Source of the DNA: Truepera sp.
GTDB taxonomy: Bacteria; Deinococcota; Deinococci; Deinococcales; Trueperaceae
Direction of reading: 5' to 3'
Assembly: GCA_965218435.1 (NCBI GenBank)
Contig: CBDCKW010000009.1
Span: 1,792,001 to 1,856,000, forward strand
DNA: 64,000 nt
Below, one piece after another: positions 38,538 through 47,519 of the stretch. The position numbers were made by a program, and so were the translations under genes. Below the pieces are notes generated by a model, which worked only from the letters and a program-made list of their open reading frames with translations, made no database searches and was not told the origin of the DNA. The number at the start of each line of letters is the position of its first letter. Position 1 is the first letter of the stretch.

Positions 38538-39887
38538 GTGTCCAAGAATCTTTACATCGTCCACGCCATAGATACCGAAGGGCCACTTTACGAATCGCTG
38601 CCGGCAACTTTTGAACGCTTGGAGAAGATCACCGGGGTGAGGCTCGAGCCAACCCAGGAAAACCTCGAGCGGGTGCGTCACCGTCAGCTCGACTTAGGCG
38701 GACGCGAAGAGGTGGCGAGTCTGGCGGCCTCTAAAGAGCTGCTCACCTACAACGACACTTGGGACAAAGTTGACGCGATGCTCAAAGAGATGCTGAGCCC
38801 CGAGTACCGGCAGCGTTACGCCGACCCGCAGGGCGGCGGCTGGGTGTACAGCTGGTTTTTGATGGACCACGTAGGCTACACCGTCAACCCCCGGCGGCGC
38901 GACCTGGGCTACCATAATATCTTCGACCACTACCGGACGCTCCTGCACGAGACCGGTTCGCCCGACGATGTGCAGTGGCACTTTCACCCGATGTCGCGGT
39001 ATAGGGAGGCGCACATCGTCGCCACCTCGTACCTGGGTTCGCCGCACCTGCTCGAGTCGCTCGCACGGCGGATCATTGACCGCACCTGGTTTCCGAGCGC
39101 CTTTCGCCCCGGCTTTCACGCTGAGCGGCCCGACGCACACTGGTTTTTAGAACAGTGGCTGCCCTTCGACTTTGCCAATCAGTCGTTGCCGGGAGAGGAC
39201 CGGCTCGAGCAGCAAGCGGACGTGGCCGGGGGCAGACTCGGCGACTGGCGGCGAGCCCCCTCGGACTGGTCGCCGTACCGTCCGGCGCACGACGACTATC
39301 AAGTGCCGGGAGCGTGCCGCCGGACGATCTTTCGCTGCCTCAACGTCGGGACACGGTTTCGGCTGTTGGACCAGCTCGAGGTCAGACGCGCCTTTGCTCG
39401 CGCTAACGAGGGTTTACCGACGATTTTAGCCTTTACCAACCACGACTTTCGGGATATGCGCCGCGACGTGGCGCAGGTTTACGCTGACGTAACCGAGGTC
39501 AGCCGGGAGTTTCCCGAGGTCACCTGGCAGCACAGTCGGGCGCAAGACGCAGCGCGGGCCGTCCTCGGTTTGGAAGAGCTGACGCCCCTGCGCTTAGACG
39601 TTACGCTGTCGCCGCGGGGCGACAGCCTTCACCTCGAGGTCAATGCCAACGTAGACACCTTCGGCCCGCAACCTTTTTTAGCGGTTAAAACGTGGGATAA
39701 ACGCTACCTCACCGACAACTTCGACCTGCAAATTCCTAAACGGCGGTGGACTTACGTTTTTGACCAAGACACCATCTTACCCGCTTCGGTTGAAGCTATC
39801 GGGGTCGCGTCAAACGGCATGGACGGCAGACCGCACACGGTAGTGATCAAACCGAGCGGTGAAAAGATCGCGGAGACCGGTGGCTGA
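38538..39887 (+). CDS. Uncharacterised protein with a polysaccharide-deacetylase (WalW/CE4)-like motif pattern
   Basis: AIDTEG, WHFHP, FRPG, TNHD. CAGGAG RBS. Confidence 0.55.
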   Translation: MSKNLYIVHAIDTEGPLYESLPATFERLEKITGVRLEPTQENLERVRHRQLDLGGREEVASLAASKELLTYNDTWDKVDAMLKEMLSPEYRQRYADPQGGGWVYSWFLMDHVGYTVNPRRRDLGYHNIFDHYRTLLHETGSPDDVQWHFHPMSRYREAHIVATSYLGSPHLLESLARRIIDRTWFPSAFRPGFHAERPDAHWFLEQWLPFDFANQSLPGEDRLEQQADVAGGRLGDWRRAPSDWSPYRPAHDDYQVPGACRRTIFRCLNVGTRFRLLDQLEVRRAFARANEGLPTILAFTNHDFRDMRRDVAQVYADVTEVSREFPEVTWQHSRAQDAARAVLGLEELTPLRLDVTLSPRGDSLHLEVNANVDTFGPQPFLAVKTWDKRYLTDNFDLQIPKRRWTYVFDQDTILPASVEAIGVASNGMDGRPHTVVIKPSGEKIAETGG

Positions 39888-41175
39888 GTTGCCTGAAGCT
39901 CGAGCTGAAACTGACGAGATGGCGCACTACTTCGACCGGCTCTGGCCGATTATGCGCAGCATCACCGGGGTGGGCGTCCGGCTTACTCACGATATTTTAG
40001 GCGAAGTGGTCCCCTTAGAACGGCTGGAAATCCCCAGCGGAACCGAGGTCTTTGACTGGACGGTGCCGCAAGAATGGGTTGTGCGGGAAGCTTACGTCAT
40101 CACGCCGGACGGACGGCGTATCTTAGACATACGGGACAACACCCTGCATCTGCTGAACTACGCCGTCCCGTTTCGCGGTGAACTCTCCCGCGCCGAGCTT
40201 GACGCGCACCTCTACAGCTTGCCCGAGCAACCGGACGCCGTCCCTTACGTGACGAGCTACTACACGCCGCGTTGGGGTTTTTGCTTGTCTCATAATGAAC
40301 GGGTGGCGCTCCCTGACGGGCAGTATCAGGTCATCGTAGACACCGAACACGTGGACGGCTCTCTCACCTTAAGTGAAGCCGTGCTCCCCGGTGAGAGCGA
40401 GCAAGAGGTACTCTTATCCACCTATACGTGTCACCCGGCTATGGCGAACAACGAACTTTCCGGCCCCCTGGTCACTGCTTTTTTGTACCGGCGTCTGGCC
40501 GCTTGGAAACGCCGCCACTATACCTACCGCTTCGTCTTTTTACCCGAGACGATTGGGAGCCTCGCCTATCTACAGCTTCGCGGCGAGCACCTTAAGCGTC
40601 AGTTGGTGGCAGGCTACGTGGTGACCTGCGTGGGTGACGACGCGCCCTTGACCTACAAACGTTCACGCCGAGGCGATACCTTGGCAGACCGGGCCGCGAT
40701 ACATGTTTTAGCGGGTCTCGAGGATGCCAAAATCCGGGCTTTTTTTCCGCAAGGCAGCGACGAACGGCAGTACTGCTCACCTGGGTTTAACCTGCCTGTG
40801 GGCTCACTTATGCGTTCAGTGTACGGGACCTACCCGGAGTATCACACCTCGCTCGACAACCGGGCGTTCATCTCGTTTGCAGCGATGCGCGAATCGGTCG
40901 GTGTGTACGAACGCGTGTTGCGGGCGCTCGAGCTTGGCCGGACCTACCGTAACCTCGCCCCTTTCGGTGAACCCAACCTGGGCAAACGCGGCCTCTATCC
41001 GACGCGCGGCGCAGCGCAACCCGAAGCGCGGGTCGCGGCGACCTTGTGGCTCCTCAACTACGCCGACGGCGACCACGACCTGCTCAAAATTGCCGAGCTG
41101 AGCGGGGTTGACCTCGAGCTCTTAAACGACGTGGCGCAGGCTTGTTTAGAGGCCAATCTCGTTGAAGTCGTATAG
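39880..41175 (+). CDS. DUF4910 aminopeptidase-like protein with C-terminal HTH
   Basis: RSITG, VFDWTVPQEW, PYVTSYY..WGFC, CHPAMANNELSGP, GSDERQYCSPG, EYHTSLD, EPNLGKRGLYP. Confidence 0.88.
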   Translation: MAELPEARAETDEMAHYFDRLWPIMRSITGVGVRLTHDILGEVVPLERLEIPSGTEVFDWTVPQEWVVREAYVITPDGRRILDIRDNTLHLLNYAVPFRGELSRAELDAHLYSLPEQPDAVPYVTSYYTPRWGFCLSHNERVALPDGQYQVIVDTEHVDGSLTLSEAVLPGESEQEVLLSTYTCHPAMANNELSGPLVTAFLYRRLAAWKRRHYTYRFVFLPETIGSLAYLQLRGEHLKRQLVAGYVVTCVGDDAPLTYKRSRRGDTLADRAAIHVLAGLEDAKIRAFFPQGSDERQYCSPGFNLPVGSLMRSVYGTYPEYHTSLDNRAFISFAAMRESVGVYERVLRALELGRTYRNLAPFGEPNLGKRGLYPTRGAAQPEARVAATLWLLNYADGDHDLLKIAELSGVDLELLNDVAQACLEANLVEVV

Positions 41176-41400
41176 AAACTTATATCGCAGCGTGGGAATG
41201 ACAACCTGAAAGACGTGCGCTAACCCACGTCCATATGAGATCGCAGCAGCCGTCACCGTAAAGCGTGTACGCTGGTCAGCTGAACTTGTCCGGAGAGCGT
41301 TACTCCTCCAAACTTCGTCTCTTTAGCAACAGCTTTTGGACACGCTACGCAAACCCACAGCACCAACCGACCAGCTTATACCCGGACGTATCAAAAAAAC

Positions 41401-42414
41401 TCAAATCGTATAGACGTCAGCTCGGTAGCTTTCTAAATTTTTGCCGGTGAACCACGCCGCAGTCTCAGCGAGGCCACGCCGAAAGCCCTCAACACCGCCG
41501 TAAGCAGGTTCCCACCCCAGTAACGCCTTGGCCTTACGCATATCGGCCCACAGACGCTGCACCTCACTCCCTTCGGGGCGCAGGCGTTCGGCGTCACAGG
41601 TAATCTCGACGGGCGCGTTCATTACCTCGGCGATCAACTGCGCCGTCTCACCGATACTCACCTCGAAGTTGCTGCCGATATTGATAACCTCACCGACAGC
41701 GGCGTCTGAGCGGGCCACCGCAATAAATCCGGCGACCGTATCAGCGACGAAGTTAAAGTCTCGGGTCGGCGACAACGCGCCAAGCTTGATCACGCGTTTG
41801 CCCGCTGCGATCTGTGTAATCACCGTAGGGATCACCGCCCGCGCCGACTGCCGGGGGCCGTAGGTGTTAAACGGCCGGATCACTGCGACCGGCAGCTCGA
41901 ACGAGCGGTAAAACGACAGCGCAAACTGGTCGGCGGCAATTTTTGAGGCACTGTACGGTGACTGCCCCTGAAGCGGGTGGGCTTCATCAATCGGCACATA
42001 CTGCGCGGTACCGTAAACTTCAGAGGTCGAGGTGTGAACGACCTTGCGAACGCCGAACTCGCGGGCCGCTTGCAAGATGTTAAGCGTACCGCGCACATTC
42101 GTCTCTAAATAAGAATCCGGCGCATGATACGAGTAAGGAATGGCGATCAGCGCGGCCAAATGCAAGACCGTGTCGCATCCTTTGACAGCACTCCGAACCA
42201 TCGCCGCGTCGCGGACGTCGCCGGAGACGACCTCGAGCCCCCCACTTAGCGCAGGGTCCAAACGGTCGAGCCAACCTCTTGAGCCGAGCGCGTTGTAAAA
42301 GGTAAACGCCCGCACCTCTGCGCCTGCCCGTAAGAGCGTTTCGGTTAAGTGCGACCCGATAAACCCGTCCGCTCCTGTAACCAAGACGCGCCCTAAAGCT
42401 CGAGCTGTGCTCAC
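41401..42414 (-). CDS. legB: NDP-GlcNAc 4,6-dehydratase, LegB type
   Basis: VTGADGFIGSH, LAALIAIPYSY, TSTSEVYG, QGQSPYSASK, RPFNTYGPRQS. Confidence 0.9.
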   Translation of the reverse strand: MSTARALGRVLVTGADGFIGSHLTETLLRAGAEVRAFTFYNALGSRGWLDRLDPALSGGLEVVSGDVRDAAMVRSAVKGCDTVLHLAALIAIPYSYHAPDSYLETNVRGTLNILQAAREFGVRKVVHTSTSEVYGTAQYVPIDEAHPLQGQSPYSASKIAADQFALSFYRSFELPVAVIRPFNTYGPRQSARAVIPTVITQIAAGKRVIKLGALSPTRDFNFVADTVAGFIAVARSDAAVGEVINIGSNFEVSIGETAQLIAEVMNAPVEITCDAERLRPEGSEVQRLWADMRKAKALLGWEPAYGGVEGFRRGLAETAAWFTGKNLESYRADVYTI

Positions 42415-42424
42415 CCTAAAACCT

Positions 42425-43492
42425 TCATCCAAAGACCTCGGCGTAGGTGAGGTTGGCAGTTTCAAAATCGTCTAACCGACCCACATCAAGCCAGTATTCA
42501 TGCACCGGAAAGCTGCCGATGCTCCAGTTTTGGGCGAGCACCTTGCTCAGCAGGTCGGGCATATCAAAAGGTTGATTGGGCGGAATCAGAGGCAAACACT
42601 CCGGATTGAGCAGATAAATCCCTGCGTTGACGAAGTAGTTGTATTCGGGTTTTTCAACGATATGGGTGAGGTTGTTGCGTTGCAACTCGACGACGCCGAA
42701 GGGCACCCGCACACTGTACTGGCGTACCGCAACCGACGCTTGCTGGCGGTGGGTACGGTGAAACTCGAGCATTTGCCGAAAATTGACCTTGGTCAACAGG
42801 TCGCCGTTCATTACAAACACCGGCGTCGCCTGTGGGTTTAAGAGGCTCAGCGACCCGGCGGTCCCGAGCCGTTTGGTTTCGCGGAGATAGTAAATCTCTG
42901 CGCCCCAGCTCGAGCCGTCACCGAAGTAATCTTCAATCATCTGCGCTTTATAGTTGACCGAGATAAAAAACTTCCCAAACCCCTGCGCGAGAAACCCCTC
43001 CAAGATCGTTTCCAAAATCGGTTTGGTCCCCACCTTAAGGAGCGGTTTGGGCGCGTCTTGGGTCAGTGCGCCGAGGCGCGTGCCTAAGCCACCAGCCATA
43101 ATAACCACCGGGTTCACCACCTGTTGCGGCACGATCTCATTTTCGGGGAGCGCCAACCCGATGACCTTGCGGTCGGGTCCGACAATAGGGATACGCCGCG
43201 CCAAACGCTTGTGCAAAAGCCAACCGTCGTCGTGAAACGACAGGTCGGGCGCAACCGTGATAGGGTCACGGGTCATGACCTCCCGCACCCCGGCGTCTAA
43301 ACTAAGACCCCGCAACAGCCCCCGCCGCACATCGCCGTCGGTGACCGTGCCGAGCAGCTGCCGGTCGGGGGTGACGATCAGCGCGATTTGCAGCTCCGCG
43401 CGGTCAATAACCGCGATCACCTCGCGGAGCGTCGCCGACTCCTGAGCAAAAACGTTAGTAATATCACCTTCAGCTGCTGCTAATGCAATCAC
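42425..43492 (-). CDS. CBS-domain sugar-phosphate nucleotidyltransferase (PtmE/LegX type)
   Basis: CBS pair (GTVTDGDVRR), MAGGLGTRL...PKPL, LGTAG, NGDLL, YWLDVG. Confidence 0.92.
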   Translation of the reverse strand: MIALAAAEGDITNVFAQESATLREVIAVIDRAELQIALIVTPDRQLLGTVTDGDVRRGLLRGLSLDAGVREVMTRDPITVAPDLSFHDDGWLLHKRLARRIPIVGPDRKVIGLALPENEIVPQQVVNPVVIMAGGLGTRLGALTQDAPKPLLKVGTKPILETILEGFLAQGFGKFFISVNYKAQMIEDYFGDGSSWGAEIYYLRETKRLGTAGSLSLLNPQATPVFVMNGDLLTKVNFRQMLEFHRTHRQQASVAVRQYSVRVPFGVVELQRNNLTHIVEKPEYNYFVNAGIYLLNPECLPLIPPNQPFDMPDLLSKVLAQNWSIGSFPVHEYWLDVGRLDDFETANLTYAEVFG

Positions 43493-43622
43493 GCCAACCT
43501 CACCTCAGCTACATTCGTTTACCTCGACTTTTCCAAGCTTACGCTTTCGATGAGAAGCTGTAAGTGCAAAATCTTTAATCTAATTTTAATGTAAGGGCTT
43601 TTAGAAAAGTTGAAGAACACTA

Positions 43623-44496
43623 GACCTCTTGCGAAAGTAGGTTCATAGGGTTGAAAGTAGGGCATGAGGTATGAAGCGATAAGAGAACTGAAGCCGGAGG
43701 CGTTCAAACGGTTGACGGGAGTAAAGCCACCCGTATTTGCTGACATGGTAGCGATTTTACGTGAGGCAGAGGGGCGCAAGAAGAAAGCGGGACGCACAAG
43801 CAAGCTCTGCCTAGAAGACAAGTTGCTTTTAGCTATGTCGTATTGGCGGGAGTATCGGACGCAGTTTCACATCGCAGCGAGCTACGGCGTGCATGAGTCA
43901 ACCGCCAACCGGATCATCACTCAGGTAGAAGATGCGCTAATGGCTTCGGGCAAGTTCAGTCTACCCAAGCGGCGTGAGGTTGCTGAGACCGAATGGACGG
44001 TGGTGCTCGTTGACGTCACTGAAACGCCTAGCGAACGCCCCAAAAAAAGCAGCGGCGCTACTACAGCGGCAAGAAAAGATGTCACACGTTAAAAAGCCAG
44101 GTTCTCGTAGACGCGAGCAGCTATAAAATCCTCGCTACGGCTCCTGCCAAAGGGCCAAAGCATGACTACGCTCTATTCAAAGACACCGCACCGAGATGCC
44201 AGCCTGAGGTCTGGTACGTTGCCGATAGCGGCTACCAAGGGCTTACTTCACGGCATCCGCAGAGCTGCCTACCTTTCAAAAAGCCCAGAGGTAAAGAACT
44301 TAGTCCTGGGCAAAAAGCTCATAACCGAGCCCTTGGTCGCTTTCGTATCGCGGTTGAACACGTGATCCGCTCGTTCAAAATCTGGCGCATTCTCAAAGAA
44401 ACTTACCGTAACCGTCGCAAACGCTTCGCCTTACGCTTCAACCTTATCGCCGGTCTTATCAATGCTGGGCTTGATCTGTGACTTTCGCAAGAGGTC
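43623..44496 (+). mobile_element. IS5-family (ISL2-like) insertion sequence
   Basis: Perfect inverted repeats GACCTCTTGCGAAAGT (43623-43638 and 44481-44496) flanked by TA on both sides. The TA is either a 2-bp TSD or part of 18-bp TIRs. Confidence 0.92.
43664..44481 (+). CDS. IS5-family transposase split across a -1 frameshift at an A7 tract
   Basis: ORF1 (HTH...VDVTETPSERPKK) continues in the -1 frame at 44042-44048 as KQRRYYSGKKRCHTLK...KHDY...ADSGYQG...RIAVEHV...YRNRRKRF, ending TGA 44479-44481. Confidence 0.9.
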
Positions 44497-44610
44497 TATT
44501 TACCTTATCCGCCATTCAGCAGCTTGACGGCCGCCTAGATGAGCACCTGCTGAGCATTGATGAACCACCGGCAAGCTTATCCGGCAGCCTACACAACCAT
44601 TTACGCACAT

Positions 44611-46110
44611 TTACTCAGTGACGGCGCGGATGTAGCGGCGGTACTCGCGGCTGTCTAAACGCTGCTTGGTGCGCGTTACCGCGACGCCGACAAGCGGAAT
44701 CCCCATAACTTCAAGACGCTCAGCGGCTGAGCTGAGACTGCGCCGGTCGGAGCGTTTAAGGTTGGTGACCAAAACGGTGTGCGTACAGAGCGGCGCAATT
44801 GAAAAGGTGTCGGCCACGGCTAATAGGGGCGCTGAATCAATTACAATCACGTCGTAGTCGCGCTTCCACAGCTCGAGGCAGGCCGGCAAGTTACGGCTTA
44901 ACAGCGGCGTCGCCGAGGGCCTAAACCCCGGCACTACATCGAGGTCACTGCCTGAAACGATCAGCTGAGTCGGGTGATGCTTGTCCGGGTCGGCGAGGTA
45001 GTCGAGCAGCGAATCGTCGTTTTTAGGGATGTTGTAGCGTCTGGCAATCGTGGGTTGCCGCAGGTCCGCGTCAACCAGGAGCGTTTTATACCCGTGACGG
45101 GTCAAGCTCTCGGCGAGGTGCAAAGCGACGGTTGTTTTGCCCTCGTCGCTTTTGGGGCTGCTAAGTAAAATTACCCGTTTACCCGGTGTGGACGACGCCA
45201 GCAGCAGCCGTGCCTGAAAGTAGTCGGCCGCTTCACGTAAGAGGTGTGCGTTCCGGGTATCGGGAAACTCTGCGAGAACCGGCAGATCGGTCACCTGCTT
45301 GACCGCCTCGACGTCTCTTAGACGCGTATCGAGCGCACTTCTCAAGAGCATCACGCCGTAAACGACAAAGACCGTAAACACCGCCGCGAGTGTGGCGTAA
45401 AAGACCGGGCGCGGGGCAACCGGCGTCCGCGGCGCGGCGGCGGGTTCGACGATGCTCAGCAGCCCGGCCGCCGACGCGAGTAGGGCGCGGGCATACGAGA
45501 GTTCTTCTTGCTGCTGTGACCGTAGTGCGATGCGGTTGTCAATCTCGCTCTGGCTGGCCACCTCGCCCATGAGTCGCAACGATTCGATCGAGTTATCGAG
45601 CTGAGCAATTTGCGCCTCGAGCGTATCAATGCCGCGACCGATATTTTGGCTGGCCCGCCGGTAATCCCAATCAACGAGCGCCTGCGCAACTGCGTTGGCG
45701 CGTCTGGCAGCAATCTGCGCGGTACCCGCCTCTACCTGCACGTCAATCAGGTTCGAGAGCGCGTCACGCTCCCCTTGAACATTAACCGAGACCGTATCGC
45801 TGAAGTCGGCGACCTTTAGGCCGCGAACACCAAGGCGTGAGATGGCGTCCTCGAGGACCGGCCGCGTACGCGCAATGTCGCTGTAGGCGGCCGCTTCAAG
45901 GGGCGGCGCACTGAGCGACGCCGAATTCGACGAAAAGGTGTTCGTTGATTTTGTTGCCAAAATTACCGCGGACGCCTCGAAGGTAGGCCCCAGCCGCTGA
46001 CTAAAAAGATAAACGCCCGCTGCAACGAGCGCCGCCAGCGGCAACGCCAACAGGAGGCCACGAAAGAGAAACTTAACGAGTTGTCCAATATCTGCTTGTT
46101 CTTCTCTCAC
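44611..46110 (-). CDS. wzc: Wzc-like chain-length regulator / BY-kinase
   Basis: Two TM helices around a coiled-coil domain, Walker A SSPKSDEGKTT, A' LVDADLR, B IVIDSAP. Only two Tyr in the C-tail. Confidence 0.88.
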   Translation of the reverse strand: MREEQADIGQLVKFLFRGLLLALPLAALVAAGVYLFSQRLGPTFEASAVILATKSTNTFSSNSASLSAPPLEAAAYSDIARTRPVLEDAISRLGVRGLKVADFSDTVSVNVQGERDALSNLIDVQVEAGTAQIAARRANAVAQALVDWDYRRASQNIGRGIDTLEAQIAQLDNSIESLRLMGEVASQSEIDNRIALRSQQQEELSYARALLASAAGLLSIVEPAAAPRTPVAPRPVFYATLAAVFTVFVVYGVMLLRSALDTRLRDVEAVKQVTDLPVLAEFPDTRNAHLLREAADYFQARLLLASSTPGKRVILLSSPKSDEGKTTVALHLAESLTRHGYKTLLVDADLRQPTIARRYNIPKNDDSLLDYLADPDKHHPTQLIVSGSDLDVVPGFRPSATPLLSRNLPACLELWKRDYDVIVIDSAPLLAVADTFSIAPLCTHTVLVTNLKRSDRRSLSSAAERLEVMGIPLVGVAVTRTKQRLDSREYRRYIRAVTE

Positions 46111-46667
46111 CTAAGCTCCTCGCTCTTTACCGGTAGCGGCCGGTCAAGCACCTCGCTACCCAGCTAAAACTCTAGAGCTGCAACGTGCAATACTATTTTA
46201 CGCATTGCAGCGCCGGCTTGCATTAGCGGGCTCTAAAGCTGACCGGTTAAAGAAGAGTCTATAGCTCTTCAAGCGAAAGTGTCGGAAGCTTTAGCTGGAG
46301 CGCGTTATGAACTTGAGCCAATTATGACTGCTGTTATGGCTGCTGAACGTACGTCCCACACAGCAGTTGAAATGTTCAGACGCTTCAGTGCTTCGGACTC
46401 GAGCCTGCCTGTAAGCTCCGAGTACGTCCAAACAATACTCCGGACAGGTTTTGACGCAAAATCCACTTTGTCCGTCTGTGACGCAAATCCTCTAAGTAGA
46501 AGTCGTATTGAGAAATGCCGTCCCTGACGCGCTTTCTATATGAGTGTCCGAAGTGTTGTCCAAAAAGACACTGCCGAAAGTGTAAAAAGCTGGACCGGGA
46601 CCGATCCCGAGTGTTGACTAAACAGTCCGAATGAATCTCCAAGGGTCGTAACACGCTCTAGGGAGTA

Positions 46668-46979
46668 TCACCAGGGTCGCTGATAGACTTGCCCCTCAAC
46701 AGAGACAAACCAAGGATGAATACTAACGCTAAAGATTTTTTGTTTGACCGCAGGGTCGGCGGCAAAAATCAGCCGTGCTCCGGTTAGAGATACGGCTTCA
46801 ATAACAGCTAACGCACCTTCATCGTCTTTGAACGGACCACCCAAGACAAGGACGTGGCTGTCTTGTAACGCTGCCATATAAGCAAAATGGGCCTCGAGCG
46901 GCTGTTCATGAATCGTCTTTCCCGGCAACCAGCTAGACCCCCTAGTGTAAAGTCCGACGAAGTAATTTGACGAAACCAT
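46668..46979 (-). CDS. YciI-family protein
   Basis: AHFAYM, LGGPF, DPAV, HPW. Confidence 0.85.
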   Translation of the reverse strand: MVSSNYFVGLYTRGSSWLPGKTIHEQPLEAHFAYMAALQDSHVLVLGGPFKDDEGALAVIEAVSLTGARLIFAADPAVKQKIFSVSIHPWFVSVEGQVYQRPW

Positions 46980-47021
46980 AGCCGACTCTAATATAGAAGC
47001 GTTCAGCTCAGCAACTATAGC

Positions 47022-47468
47022 TCAGCCCTTAAACGCTGATTTGGTAAGCGCACGGTAGCAGAGCGCCACCGTCACCCCGTAAAGCACGTGGTTGACAACT
47101 TCGCCAACGACCCAGACTTCGGTTTGCGGCAACTTAAAAGGGCGCGGATGCGCGAGTCTAAAAACGGGCTTTGCCAGGATAATCGCTAAACCGTGGGCGA
47201 CGCCGAAGGTCACCCCGGTGACTAGGTTAGGGTGACCCCACCCGCGCTCCCAAACGAAAGCGTAAGGGAGGGCAAACGCTGAACCCAACGCCAGCGGGAT
47301 AGCGATATTCAAAACTTCAGCAGTCCGCTCGCCGGGTGAAAAAAGTCCGGTAGCAGTGTCTATGAGCTCGAGCTCCAGCCTGTCAAGTTTAGGAAACGTT
47401 CTGACAAACCCTAGAAAGGGAACCGTCCCCAAAAATCCGGCGGTGAGCGCGGCACTAAGGCGGTTCAT
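47022..47468 (-). CDS. Small membrane protein (paralog of 49318-49743)
   Basis: FALPYAFVWERG, FGVAHG, NHVLYG. Confidence 0.8.
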   Translation of the reverse strand: MNRLSAALTAGFLGTVPFLGFVRTFPKLDRLELELIDTATGLFSPGERTAEVLNIAIPLALGSAFALPYAFVWERGWGHPNLVTGVTFGVAHGLAIILAKPVFRLAHPRPFKLPQTEVWVVGEVVNHVLYGVTVALCYRALTKSAFKG

Positions 47469-47519
47469 GTCAAACCCATAGGGTCACTATACACGCCTCG
47501 TCTTATGCATAAATAGCGG

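Noticed and set aside
41176..41400. Truncated legC downstream of legB
   Set aside because: No aminotransferase-like sequence was recognisable on the minus strand.
46111..46667. ORFs 46279-46527 and 46385-46654, or an ops/JUMPstart element upstream of wzc
   Set aside because: No family motifs and no GGCGGTAG. Treated as a long promoter region.
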